Shown here one piece after another: positions 1 to 10,046 of a stretch of DNA of 64,000 bases. The notes beneath the pieces are model-generated. The model did not search any database. It had not been told where the DNA came from and saw nothing but the letters and a program-made list of their open reading frames with translations. Each line of letters starts with the position of its first letter. Position 1 is the first letter of the stretch. The translations under genes and the position numbers were made by a program. The DNA is taken from contig CAITYF010000204.1 of the NCBI GenBank assembly GCA_903896545.1, positions 21,143 through 85,142 of the forward strand. Direction: 5' to 3'. This DNA comes from an uncultured Myxococcales bacterium (lineage in GTDB: Bacteria; Myxococcota_A; UBA9042).

Positions 1-629
1 CGCGTCTCGATCTGGGACGTCTCTACGCGTCCGGCGGCGCGCCCGACGAACCGCTGCGCCGTGCGCTGCAAATCGCCGAAGCCATGTCCCCGTCGGTGCT
101 GTGGCTGGATGAGATCGACAAGGCGTTTGCGACGGCGGCGTCGAGCCCGTCGGAAGCGGGCGGTCGCCTCCTCGGCACGATGCTGACCTGGCTGGGCGAG
201 CAGCGCGGCGTTTTTGTGGCAGCGACGGCCAACCGCGTCGATCATCTGCCGGCCGAGTTGCTGCGCAAAGGCCGTTTTGACGAGACTTTCTTTGTTGACA
301 CGCCCGACGCGCAAGTGCGCCGCGAGATTCTCAGCATCTGTCTCGCGCGATCAGGCCGCCGACCGCAGGATTTTGACCTCGACAAGCTCGCGCAACTGGC
401 GGATCGGCTGACAGGGGCTGAGGTCGAGCAAGGCGTCGTGGAAGCGCTGGCGCAGGCGTGGTCGGACAATCGGCAGCTGACGAACGAAGACATGGCCTCG
501 GCGCTTTCCAAGACCGTGCCTTTCGTGGAAACCTACGAGCCGCAGGTGAAGGCGCTCCGCGAATGGGCGCGCAAGCGCTGCCGACCCGCCGGAACAGACC
601 GCAGCCTGCGCGACCTGTTCGACACGTGA
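1..629 (+). CDS. AAA+ ATPase (Ycf46-like), 5'-truncated by the window edge
   Basis: Frame is open from the window start (RLDLGRLYASGG...). Walker B LWLDEIDKAF, sensor ATAN, second region of homology ELLRKGRFDE. Confidence 0.85.
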   Translation, partial: RLDLGRLYASGGAPDEPLRRALQIAEAMSPSVLWLDEIDKAFATAASSPSEAGGRLLGTMLTWLGEQRGVFVAATANRVDHLPAELLRKGRFDETFFVDTPDAQVRREILSICLARSGRRPQDFDLDKLAQLADRLTGAEVEQGVVEALAQAWSDNRQLTNEDMASALSKTVPFVETYEPQVKALREWARKRCRPAGTDRSLRDLFDT

Positions 630-636
630 GGATGCC

Positions 637-1653
637 ATGAGCGATTCAGTGGACGTTGCCGTCGTCGGTGCAGGCGCGTGGGGAACCGCGCTGGCCATGC
701 ACACGGCACGCAAGTGCCTGCGCACGCGGCTTTGGGCGTACGAGTCAGACGTCGTGCGCGACATCAACGAGCACTTTGAGAACAAGCGGTTCTTCGCTGG
801 TCATGTACTGCCCAAGGGCCTGGACGCTTCAAGCGATCTGGAATTCTGCGTGAAGAACGCGCGGATCATCTTGACCGTGATGCCGACGCCGCACGTTGCG
901 CGTCTCGCGGCGCAGATGGCGCCGATGCTGAGCGACGAACAGGCGATCGTTTCCTGCTCCAAGGGCATCGACAACGAGAGCCTGGAGACCGTCAACGAGA
1001 TTTTTGAACGTGTGCTGCCGCGGCGCCTAAAGAGCTCGCTGGCCTACTTGTCGGGGCCATCTTTTGCCGCAGAAGTGGCGATTGGATCGCCGACAGCGGT
1101 GACGATCGCTTCGGTCGATCGCAACCTCGCGCGCTTCGTGCAGACCGAGTTGTCGAGCGATCGCTTCCGCTGCTACGCGACCAACGACGTCATCGGCGTC
1201 GAAATGGGCGGCGCGCTGAAGAACGTCATGGCGATCGCGACGGGCGCGGCAGATGGCCTCGGCTTTGGTCACAACGCCCGCGCGGGGCTCATCACGCGCG
1301 GCCTGGCAGAAATCACGCGCTTGGCCGTCAAGAAGGGTGGAAATCCCCTGACGATGCAAGGTCTTGCGGGCATTGGCGACTTGGTGCTGACGTGTACGGG
1401 CGACCTCTCCCGAAACCGCAGCGTCGGCTTGCGCTTGGGCCGCGGCGAATCGATGGCGGACATTTTGGCCTCCATGACCGCGGTCGCAGAAGGCGTGCTG
1501 ACCAGTCGATCGGCGTTCCGCTTGGCGCAACAACTCGGCGTCGACGTGCCGATCATCGAAAACACCTACCGCGTGGTTCACGAAGGGTTGGCGCCAATGG
1601 CGGCGCTGAACGCCCTGATGACACGCTCACTGAAGGACGAACTTGTACTGTGA
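637..1653 (+). CDS. gpsA: NAD(P)H-dependent glycerol-3-phosphate dehydrogenase
   Basis: GAGAWGTALA Rossmann motif, CSKGI, LSGPSFA, GGALKNV, GIGDLVLTC...SRN. Confidence 0.97.
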   Translation: MSDSVDVAVVGAGAWGTALAMHTARKCLRTRLWAYESDVVRDINEHFENKRFFAGHVLPKGLDASSDLEFCVKNARIILTVMPTPHVARLAAQMAPMLSDEQAIVSCSKGIDNESLETVNEIFERVLPRRLKSSLAYLSGPSFAAEVAIGSPTAVTIASVDRNLARFVQTELSSDRFRCYATNDVIGVEMGGALKNVMAIATGAADGLGFGHNARAGLITRGLAEITRLAVKKGGNPLTMQGLAGIGDLVLTCTGDLSRNRSVGLRLGRGESMADILASMTAVAEGVLTSRSAFRLAQQLGVDVPIIENTYRVVHEGLAPMAALNALMTRSLKDELVL

Positions 1654-2228
1654 CGGACAATCACCCCCCCAAAATCGAGCCGTTGCCCGGCAGCGTCGGC
1701 AAAGTGGATCCAGATGCCGTGTGGATTGAAGTCGGCAAAGTCGGTCGGCCACATGGTCTGAGAGGAGAGATCCGCCTCCAGGTCTACAACCTCGACAGCG
1801 AGTTCTGGGAGAAAGGACAGCGCATGCGCGCGTGGCTGCCCGGCAAGCCGGCCGTGCTGCTGGAACTCGGCAGTTTCCGCGACATTTTGCCAATGCCTAC
1901 GGCGACTTTCGTGGGTATTGACGATCGCGACGTGGCGGCCAAGCTGACCCACGCCGTGCTCGCGGTGAACCAGGCGGAACTGCCAGAAACGGACGAAGAC
2001 GAGTTCTACATCCACGAGCTCATCGGCGCGACGGTGCTGGACGATGCGACGCGCAAGCCGGTCGGCGTCGTGCGCGCGCTTTTGGAAACGCCTGCGGACG
2101 TGCTGGAGATCTCGCTGAATTCCGGCGCGGCTGCGATGATCCCAGTGAACGCCGACGCGATCACCGAGATGGGCCGGGAGAAAGGCGTGCTCGTCGTGCG
2201 CGATATTCTGGACTGGCAAGACCGGTGA
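1650..2228 (+). CDS. rimM: 16S rRNA processing protein RimM
   Basis: VGKVGRPHGLRGE and DEFYIHELIG motifs. GTG start overlaps the gpsA stop (GTGA). Lies directly upstream of trmD. Confidence 0.93.
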   Translation: MTDNHPPKIEPLPGSVGKVDPDAVWIEVGKVGRPHGLRGEIRLQVYNLDSEFWEKGQRMRAWLPGKPAVLLELGSFRDILPMPTATFVGIDDRDVAAKLTHAVLAVNQAELPETDEDEFYIHELIGATVLDDATRKPVGVVRALLETPADVLEISLNSGAAAMIPVNADAITEMGREKGVLVVRDILDWQDR

Positions 2229-2899
2229 CGTACCGCTTTGACGTTCTCACGCTGTTTCCCGCGCTTTTTGACGGGTTACGTCAGGAAAGCCTGATTGGCA
2301 AGGCGCTCGACGCCGAGACGATCGCGCTTGAACTGCACAACTGGCGGGCCTTTGCGACCGATCGCCACAGCACTGTCGACGACGCGCCTTTTGGCGGCGG
2401 CGCAGGGCTAGTGCTCAAGCCCGATCCGCTGGTGAAGTGCCTGCGGGCGGAAATTTCAGCGGCGTCTCATAAGGTTCTGCTGAGCCCGTCCGGACGGCGT
2501 TTTGACCAAAAGCTGGCGCACGAATGGGCGCAGTTGCCCGGTTTGACGCTGATTTGCGGGCGTTATGAGGGCTTTGATCACCGCATCGAGCAGCACGTCG
2601 ATGACGTGATTTCCATTGGCGATTTTGTCCTCAACGGGGGTGAGGTCGCGGCGATGGTCGTCATCGAGGCGGTCGCGCGGCTTTTGCCGGGCGTGATCGG
2701 CAACGTGGAATCACTGGCCGAAGAATCGTTTGCGGACGGCCTCTTGGAGTACCCACAGTACACGCGGCCGCGCGATTTTGAGGGTCAAACCGTGCCGGAC
2801 GTGCTGTTGTCGGGCAACCACGCGGAGATCGCCAAGTGGCGGCTGGCGCAGCGCGTGGCGCGAACCCGCGCGATGCGACCGGATCTGCTCAAAGACTGA
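2225..2899 (+). CDS. trmD: tRNA (guanine37-N1)-methyltransferase
   Basis: VDDAPFGGGAG, LICGRYEGFD, SIGDFVLNGGE, LLEYPQYTRP. Confidence 0.98.
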   Translation: MTYRFDVLTLFPALFDGLRQESLIGKALDAETIALELHNWRAFATDRHSTVDDAPFGGGAGLVLKPDPLVKCLRAEISAASHKVLLSPSGRRFDQKLAHEWAQLPGLTLICGRYEGFDHRIEQHVDDVISIGDFVLNGGEVAAMVVIEAVARLLPGVIGNVESLAEESFADGLLEYPQYTRPRDFEGQTVPDVLLSGNHAEIAKWRLAQRVARTRAMRPDLLKD

Positions 2900-2907
2900 C
2901 CTCGCCA

Positions 2908-2936
2908 TTGCGCGCCGGAGCCGCCGCCGCTATCCT
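2908..2936 (+). promoter_or_regulatory. Putative sigma70 promoter
   Basis: TTGCGC-17 nt-TATCCT upstream of the SPOUT gene. Same -10 hexamer as the tRNA-His promoter. Confidence 0.4.
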
Positions 2937-2974
2937 CCGACGGCGCGCAGGTGTCGATCGCGCTTGACTTTTTC

Positions 2975-3571
2975 ATGCAAACCTCTATCTTCTTGGCCCT
3001 CGTTCACCATCCCGTCCATAACCGGCGCGGGGAAGTGGTGACGACAGCAATCACCAACGTCGACCTGCACGACCTCGCGCGGTCAGGCCGAACGTTCGGA
3101 GTTCACAGCGTTTTCGTGGTGACTCCGGTCTTGCTGCAGCAGCGAATGGTCGGCCAAGTGCTGGGCCATTGGACGCAGGGTGAAGGTTCGTCGCATGAGC
3201 GCCGCGCCGATGCCATGCGCCGGGTAACTGCGGTTGCCACGCTGCAAGACGCCGTGACGGCGATCACACACCAAACTGGCCGAGCGCCAGTGGTGGCTGT
3301 CACGGGAGCGCAAATGCGTGAACCGAATGCGGATTTTGTCGGTCTCCGGCAAAAGCTCCTGCAAACGGGCGATGTGGACGGGCGTCCGCTTCTGCTGGTC
3401 TTTGGAACCGGCTGGGGCATGACGCAAGAGCTCATCGACACAGCAGATTTGCGTCTGCCGCCCTTGCTTCGCGATCCACGGATCGTCGACCCGGAGGGCG
3501 CTTACAACCATCTCTCGGTGCGCGCCGCAGTGGCGATTGCACTCGACCGGCTGCTTGGCGAATCCCGCTAA
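2975..3571 (+). CDS. SPOUT-class RNA methyltransferase (DUF2168-like)
   Basis: LALVHHPV...TTAITNVDLHDLAR, LLVFGTGWG, YNHLSVRAA. Sits between trmD and rplS, a position recalled for this family. Confidence 0.88.
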   Translation: MQTSIFLALVHHPVHNRRGEVVTTAITNVDLHDLARSGRTFGVHSVFVVTPVLLQQRMVGQVLGHWTQGEGSSHERRADAMRRVTAVATLQDAVTAITHQTGRAPVVAVTGAQMREPNADFVGLRQKLLQTGDVDGRPLLLVFGTGWGMTQELIDTADLRLPPLLRDPRIVDPEGAYNHLSVRAAVAIALDRLLGESR

Positions 3572-3722
3572 GTGGCATGAAAGACGCCGTTCTCAGTAAC
3601 GGCGTTCAAGCGGAGGTAAGTACACCTCGCTGGGCATCCTGCACGTCAAGATGCGCCTCTGTGTACCGCTGCCCACCTGAAAGTTCTGCAATGCCAAGGC
3701 ATTGCGTGTGGAGAAGTCAGTC

Positions 3723-4082
3723 ATGATGAACAACCTCATTCAGCACGTCCAGAACGCGCACCTGCGTTTTGACCTTCCGTCATTCTCGACCGGCGACACC
3801 GTTCGCGTTCACGGCCGCATCATCGAAGGCGAAAAAGAGCGCGTGCAGATCTACGAAGGCGTGGTCCTGCGCAAGTCCGCCGGTCAAGGCGTCGACGCGA
3901 CGTTCACCGTCCGCAAGATCTCGAACGGCGTCGGCGTGGAGCGTATCTTCCCCGTGCACAGCCCCCGCATCCTGAAAGTGGAAGTGCTGTCGTCCGGTAA
4001 GGTCCGCCGCGCGAAGGTCTACTTCCTGCGCGAACTGCAGGGCAAGGCCGCGAAGCTCAAGAAGATCGAAGAGCAATACTAA
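3723..4082 (+). CDS. rplS: 50S ribosomal protein L19
   Basis: [10 protein letters not shown]...[42 protein letters not shown]. Confidence 0.98.
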   Translation: MMNNLIQHVQNAHLRFDLPSFSTGDTVRVHGRIIEGEKERVQIYEGVVLRKSAGQGVDATFTVRKISNGVGVERIFPVHSPRILKVEVLSSGKVRRAKVYFLRELQGKAAKLKKIEEQY

Positions 4083-4100
4083 GCGCTCAGGCGCAAGTCG

Positions 4101-4143
4101 ACGGCGGTCTGGAACTTAGTTTCAGGCCGCCGTTGGCGTTTTT
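4101..4143 (+). terminator. Intrinsic terminator between convergent rplS and ybaK
   Basis: Stem ACGGCGGTCTGGAA / TTTCAGGCCGCCGT with a 5-nt loop, followed by a T-run. Confidence 0.6.
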
Positions 4144-4162
4144 GCGCCCCAGCGACGGCGCC

Positions 4163-4648
4163 CTACGCTTCGATCGCCGCGTCAATCGGGTTCGCGTCCA
4201 ACACGCGCACGAGCTCGCGTGGCGCGATAGCGACCAAGAAACCGCGCTTTCCACCGTTCAGGTAGATCTGCGGCAGTCCAAGGATCGTGCGCTCGACGTA
4301 CACGGGCAGCGTCTTCTTCAGGCCGAACGGTGAGGTCCCGCCGACCAGATAACCGCTATGCCTTTGAGCCAGTTCCGGCGCACACGGGCGAACCAGCCGC
4401 GCGCCGATCGCCGCCGCTACCGCCTTGGTCGACACCGCGCGATCGCCGTGCTGCAGGACGACGAGCGGCTTGGCGGTTTCATCCTCAAAAATCAGCGTCT
4501 TCACCACGTGATGTTCGTCCACACCAAGCGCTTCTGCGCTGTGTGCAGTGCCTCCGCGATCGACATAGCTGTAGAGAAGTGGCGTAAACGGCACGCCGTG
4601 CTGGCGGAGCACGCGAACCGCAGCGGTGACAGGATAATCGAGGCTCAT
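4163..4648 (-). CDS. ybaK: Cys-tRNA(Pro) deacylase, YbaK/EbsC family
   Basis: VVKTLIFE, SGYLVGGTSPFG, NGGKRG motifs. Confidence 0.92.
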   Translation of the reverse strand: MSLDYPVTAAVRVLRQHGVPFTPLLYSYVDRGGTAHSAEALGVDEHHVVKTLIFEDETAKPLVVLQHGDRAVSTKAVAAAIGARLVRPCAPELAQRHSGYLVGGTSPFGLKKTLPVYVERTILGLPQIYLNGGKRGFLVAIAPRELVRVLDANPIDAAIEA

Positions 4649-4808
4649 CGCACGCTCCGGGGCTAACCGGGCCGGAAGTTTACCAGATCGCATCGGGCGC
4701 CGGCGTCACGGTTGCGTGAACACGATCAGCCAAACGTCACGGCAGCACAAAGATCGACCGAATCGACCGCAAACTGCGTCGAACACACGTCCCGTGGAAG
4801 TCACAGGC

Positions 4809-4836
4809 TTGACACAGCGACCGAAACGGCTATCCT
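4809..4836 (+). promoter_or_regulatory. sigma70 promoter of the tRNA cluster
   Basis: TTGACA (4809-4814), 16-nt spacer, TATCCT (4831-4836), 13 nt before tRNA-His. Confidence 0.75.
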
Positions 4837-4849
4837 GCCGCGCGCCAGC

Positions 4850-4923
4850 GGTGGGTGTAGCTCAGCTGGTAGAGCGCGGGATTGTGATTCCCGATGTCAT
4901 GGGTTCAAGCCCCATCACTCACC
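4850..4923 (+). tRNA. tRNA-His (GUG)
   Basis: G-1 plus acceptor GTGGGTG/CACTCAC, anticodon arm CGGGA-TTGTGAT-TCCCG, T-loop TTCAAGC, discriminator C. CCA not encoded. Confidence 0.96.
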
Positions 4924-5165
4924 CCGCGCGGTCACTGTGCTTCTGGCTCCAGAGCCGCAAGCCAGGAGCCCGCAAGTTCCACGGTCCTGTACCGCGGAAC
5001 GGTAGGTCGAAGTCGTTGCCTGTGCGGTGACGACACGCGAGACGGCCACACGGTTCAACCGGTGGCCTGATGACAGAACGCTTCGTCGCGGCAGAACGCG
5101 CTGCGCGGGACGACCCACACGGGACGACCACGCACGCGTCGTTGGTCACGCACCTGTGGTCAGAT

Positions 5166-5239
5166 GCGCCTGTAGCTCAGCTGGATAGAGCATCGGACTT
5201 CGAATCCGCAGGTCGCAGGTTCGAATCCTGCCGGGCGCG
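5166..5239 (+). tRNA. tRNA-Arg (UCG)
   Basis: Acceptor GCGCCTG/CGGGCGC, loop CTTCGAA, T-arm GCAGG-TTCGAAT-CCTGC. CCA not encoded. Confidence 0.95.
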
Positions 5240-5329
5240 CCCATTCGCAACGTAGACGACGTTGCGGATGTGATCCACGGCGTCCCAGTCTGGTCATCGC
5301 GTTCAGCGCGACGAAACCGGTTTTCCCAC

Positions 5330-5402
5330 GCCCCCTTAGCTCAGTTGGTAGAGCAGCGGACTCTTAATCCGTTTGTCGAGTGTTCGAATCACTCAGGGGG
5401 CA
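5330..5402 (+). tRNA. tRNA-Lys (CUU)
   Basis: Acceptor GCCCCCT/AGGGGGC, anticodon arm GCGGA-CTCTTAA-TCCGT, T-arm GAGTG-TTCGAAT-CACTC. Confidence 0.96.
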
Positions 5403-5525
5403 CCCAACACCATCTCACGCCCACGCACCGCCCCATGGCGCCGCGACGAGACACTTGCCTCTGTGCGGTTTTTCGGCGCCATGCCGGCCACGCACGATAG
5501 TTCCGCGCGCCGGTGCGCAGTCCCT

Positions 5526-5606
5526 GCGAGAATGGCGAAATTGGTAGACGCACCAGATTTAGGTTCTGGCGCCTTTGGCGTGAGGGTTCGAGTCCCTCTT
5601 CTCGCA
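5526..5606 (+). tRNA. tRNA-Leu (UAG)
   Basis: Acceptor GCGAGAA/TTCTCGC, anticodon arm CCAGA-TTTAGGT-TCTGG, long variable arm. Confidence 0.96.
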
Positions 5607-5658
5607 CCGCCCTGAACCCCTCGCTCGCTGTCTGCGGGCACAGCCCCCGGAGACCGCC

Positions 5659-7083
5659 ATGACAGCCGCTCAGCCCGCCCCGACCACCAACCAGAACCTC
5701 GACGTGGCCGTTGAAACCGTCAGTCAGGTGCGGCGGCGGTTGCGCTTCACGGTGCCGCAAGCGCAGGTCGCGGTGGCGTTCGTGCAGACCACGGCCAAGT
5801 TCGCCGCCAAGGTCCGCGTCGCTGGCTTCCGTCCTGGCAAGGCGCCCGCGGCGATGATCGAGCGCATGCACGGCGTTGAAATCCGCCGCAACGCCCTGGA
5901 CGACCTGCTGAAAGCGTGGGTCTTCAAGGCGATTCAGGCGACGGGGCTGAACCCAGTGGGCCGTCCGGAAGTCGAGTCGATGGGCGAATTGGCGCGCGAC
6001 AAGCCGCTGGCCGTGCAGGTGCTGTGTGAAGTGCTGCCGACCCTGGAACTGCAGGGCTTTGAGGGCGCGGCGCTGACGGTCGACCCGATCGTGGCGGACG
6101 ACGAGGACGTGGCGGAAGCCCTGGAAGCGAAGGCGCGCGAGCGCACCGAGCAGATCGCGGTCGATACCGGCCTGCAAAATGGCGACGAAGCCGTGGCGAC
6201 CTGGTCGATCACCGATGAAGGCGCGGATGCGCCGCGTGAAACGGCGGACAAGCGTCGCTTCGTCGTCGGTGCGGAACACGTGCCGTTTGAAGTGAACGCG
6301 CTGGCGCTCAACGCGACCGTGGGCGAAGAGATCGTCGAGGACCGCGCGGCGGAAGGCACGCTGACGGCGCGCAAGGTGACGCTGACGGTTCACGAAGCGC
6401 ACCGGACGGAAATCCCGAAGGTGGACGACGAGTTGGCCAAGGATCTGGGTCACGCCGATCTGGCGGCGCTTCAGGCCGCGGTGAAAGCGGAAGTCGAAGC
6501 GGACGTCGCGAAGCGCAATCTCGAAGCGCGCCGCAATGCCGCGGTGGACAACCTCCTGGCGAAGAACGAAGTCGAGCTGCCGTCGTCGTTCGTCGACGAA
6601 TTGGTCGATCAGCAGCTGGCGCAGTCGTTCGGCCATCTGGACGAGAAGACGCTGCGCAGCTTGGGCGGTTTCTTCCAGCAGATGCGCAAAGACATGCGCA
6701 AGAACACCGAGGGCGCGCTGCGGCGGGGTCTGGCGCTGGAAGCGCTCGCGGACAAGTGGGAAATCCTGCCTGATGACGCGGCGATCGACGAGAAGCTGGC
6801 CGAACTGATCGCGCAGAATCCGAGCCGTGCGGAGCGCCTGAAGCGCGAGTATGGCAACGATCAGGGTCGCGATGAGCTGCGTCGCCGCGTGCGAAGCGAT
6901 CGTGCGATGGATGATTTGGTCAAGCTGGCGACCTATACAGAAGGCACGGCCAAGACCCTGCGTGCGGCCAAGGCGCCGACTCCGCAGGCGTTCGCCGATG
7001 ACGGTGAACACGACCACGATCACGAAGGCCATGACCACGATCACGCGGAACACGTCCACGACGAGAACTGCAACCACGGTTAG
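5659..7083 (+). CDS. tig: Trigger factor with His-rich C-terminal tail
   Basis: Ribosome-binding signature GFRPGKAP. Lies directly upstream of clpP-clpX. Confidence 0.92.
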   Translation: MTAAQPAPTTNQNLDVAVETVSQVRRRLRFTVPQAQVAVAFVQTTAKFAAKVRVAGFRPGKAPAAMIERMHGVEIRRNALDDLLKAWVFKAIQATGLNPVGRPEVESMGELARDKPLAVQVLCEVLPTLELQGFEGAALTVDPIVADDEDVAEALEAKARERTEQIAVDTGLQNGDEAVATWSITDEGADAPRETADKRRFVVGAEHVPFEVNALALNATVGEEIVEDRAAEGTLTARKVTLTVHEAHRTEIPKVDDELAKDLGHADLAALQAAVKAEVEADVAKRNLEARRNAAVDNLLAKNEVELPSSFVDELVDQQLAQSFGHLDEKTLRSLGGFFQQMRKDMRKNTEGALRRGLALEALADKWEILPDDAAIDEKLAELIAQNPSRAERLKREYGNDQGRDELRRRVRSDRAMDDLVKLATYTEGTAKTLRAAKAPTPQAFADDGEHDHDHEGHDHDHAEHVHDENCNHG

Positions 7084-7152
7084 GCCACCGCGGACAGCGC
7101 GTGTCAGATCCTTCCACCGCCCCGCGACTACCCTGCAGGTCTGGACAACGCC

Positions 7153-7749
7153 ATGAAGATTCACGATTCCATCATCGTCACTGAGTCGACCCCGCGCGGC
7201 GAACGCCACTCGGACATCTACTCGCGTCTGCTCATGGATCGCATCGTGTTCCTGGGCACGGAGATCAACGACTACGTGGCCAATGCGGTCATCGCGCAGT
7301 TGTTGTTTCTGGAAAGCGAAGACCCGACCAAGGAAATTTCGATCTACCTGAACAGCCCGGGCGGCTTGGTCAACGCGGGCTTGGCGATCTACGACACGAT
7401 GCAGTACGTGCAATGCCCGATCGCGACGATCTGCTTGGGTCAAGCATCCTCGATGGCGGCGGTTCTGCTGGCCGCGGGCACCAAAGGTCGCCGCGTCATT
7501 CTGCCGCACGGCCGCGTGATGCTGCACCAGCCGCTGGGCGGGTTCTCGGGTCAGGCGTCGGACATCGACATTCAGGCGCGTGAGATGCTCTACACCAAGA
7601 ACATCCTGAACGAGATCGTCGCCAAGCACACGGGGCAGCCGCTGGACAAGATCCGCGTCGACACCGACCGCGACTTCTATCTGGGTGCAGAAGAGGCCAA
7701 AACGTACGGAGTTGTCGATAACGTCCTCATCCGTAAAGGCAAAGCCTAG
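7153..7749 (+). CDS. clpP: ATP-dependent Clp protease proteolytic subunit
   Basis: [43 protein letters not shown]. Confidence 0.98.
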   Translation: MKIHDSIIVTESTPRGERHSDIYSRLLMDRIVFLGTEINDYVANAVIAQLLFLESEDPTKEISIYLNSPGGLVNAGLAIYDTMQYVQCPIATICLGQASSMAAVLLAAGTKGRRVILPHGRVMLHQPLGGFSGQASDIDIQAREMLYTKNILNEIVAKHTGQPLDKIRVDTDRDFYLGAEEAKTYGVVDNVLIRKGKA

Positions 7750-7791
7750 CGGTTTTTGTGAAGAATGCGGTGGTTTGATCCTGCCGCGGCT

Positions 7792-7821
7792 TTGACGCAC
7801 CCAAGCGGCAGTGTATAGAGT
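7792..7821 (+). promoter_or_regulatory. Putative sigma70 promoter of clpX
   Basis: TTGACG followed 18 nt later by TAGAGT, in the clpP-clpX spacer. Confidence 0.45.
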
Positions 7822-7899
7822 GGCTGTAGCTGCCGATCGCGCGCGACGACAAGACGGCTGGAAAAACGGCGACTGGAGGTCCAGTCCGGAGCGAGTGAG

Positions 7900-9195
<1,296 letters not shown>

Positions 9196-9204
9196 GCACC
9201 GACG

Positions 9205-9630
9205 ATGTCAGACGATTTACGCATTGGTCCCAACGCGATCATCCCGGGTGACGCGCTCTCCTGGACTGCCGTGCGTTCGTCCGGGCCGGGTGGGCAGAAC
9301 GTCAACAAAGTCTCCACGGCTGTCGAGTTGCGTCTGGATCTGCGACTGGCGGGCATTCCGCCTGCCATCCTCGCGCGGCTGCGAAAGTTGGCCGGTCGAC
9401 GCATCGATCAAGAAGACGTTCTCCTGATTGTGAGCCAGACGACGCGCAGTCAGGAACGAAACCTCGCAGACGCACGCGACCGCCTGACGCAGCTGATCCG
9501 CGAGGCCGTGCCGCCGCCGATCCCACGCCGACCGACCAAGCCAACCAAGGGCTCCAAAGAGCGGCGACTGGCCGGCAAGAGTCTCGACGGTGAAGTCAAA
9601 CGCCTACGTCAGCGACCGCGCGACGACTGA
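9205..9630 (+). CDS. arfB: Alternative ribosome rescue factor ArfB (YaeJ)
   Basis: [13 protein letters not shown] (GGQ motif), RSQERN, basic tail [13 protein letters not shown]. Confidence 0.95.
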   Translation: MSDDLRIGPNAIIPGDALSWTAVRSSGPGGQNVNKVSTAVELRLDLRLAGIPPAILARLRKLAGRRIDQEDVLLIVSQTTRSQERNLADARDRLTQLIREAVPPPIPRRPTKPTKGSKERRLAGKSLDGEVKRLRQRPRDD

Positions 9631-9732
9631 ACGCTCGCGGGGAATGCAAGGCGCGGCGGTTGCGCCGTCTGCCCCATCCCGGCATGCTGCGACGCGCTAC
9701 GCCGCACAACGCGCGCGAGGAGCCCGACCGCC

Positions 9733-10032
9733 ATGATGCTCGCCGTCCTTTTGCTCGTCGCCATCGGCCTGATAATCGGCATCTTCATCGCCGGCACAGT
9801 GCTCTCCGTCATCAGCCAACTCGTGATCGGACTCATCATCGGTGGCTTGGCCCGCTGGATGCTGCCCGGTCCCCAGTCGCTTGGCTGGTTCGCCACGGCG
9901 CTGTGCGGCATCGTCGGTTCGTTGGTGGGCGGCATGCTCGCGCACCACGTCTTTGGCGTGCAAGGCTTGCGGGAGACCGTGCTGAACGTGCTCTGTGCAA
10001 TGGGTGTCATTTGGCTGCTCGGCCGCGTTTGA
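9733..10032 (+). CDS. GlsB/YeaQ/YmgE-family small membrane protein
   Basis: IIGGLARWMLPG...GIVGSLVGG; hydrophobic throughout. Confidence 0.8.
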   Translation: MMLAVLLLVAIGLIIGIFIAGTVLSVISQLVIGLIIGGLARWMLPGPQSLGWFATALCGIVGSLVGGMLAHHVFGVQGLRETVLNVLCAMGVIWLLGRV

Positions 10033-10046
10033 CGGAGGATCCTGAC

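Noticed and set aside
637-2228. rimM coupled to gpsA rather than rpsP, and rpoC not followed by rpsL
   Set aside because: Ordinary operon shuffling with no functional inference available from this window.
4850-5606. tRNA clusters (also 39743-39819 and 58594-61280) as integration sites
   Set aside because: No integrase, no duplicated tRNA 3' end, and housekeeping genes on both sides.
9660-10046. N-terminal extensions given by the ORF track (also 1392-1649, 20195-20461, 36795-37037, 39619-40929)
   Set aside because: They overlap other supported genes, and better starts with an RBS or stop-start coupling lie downstream.
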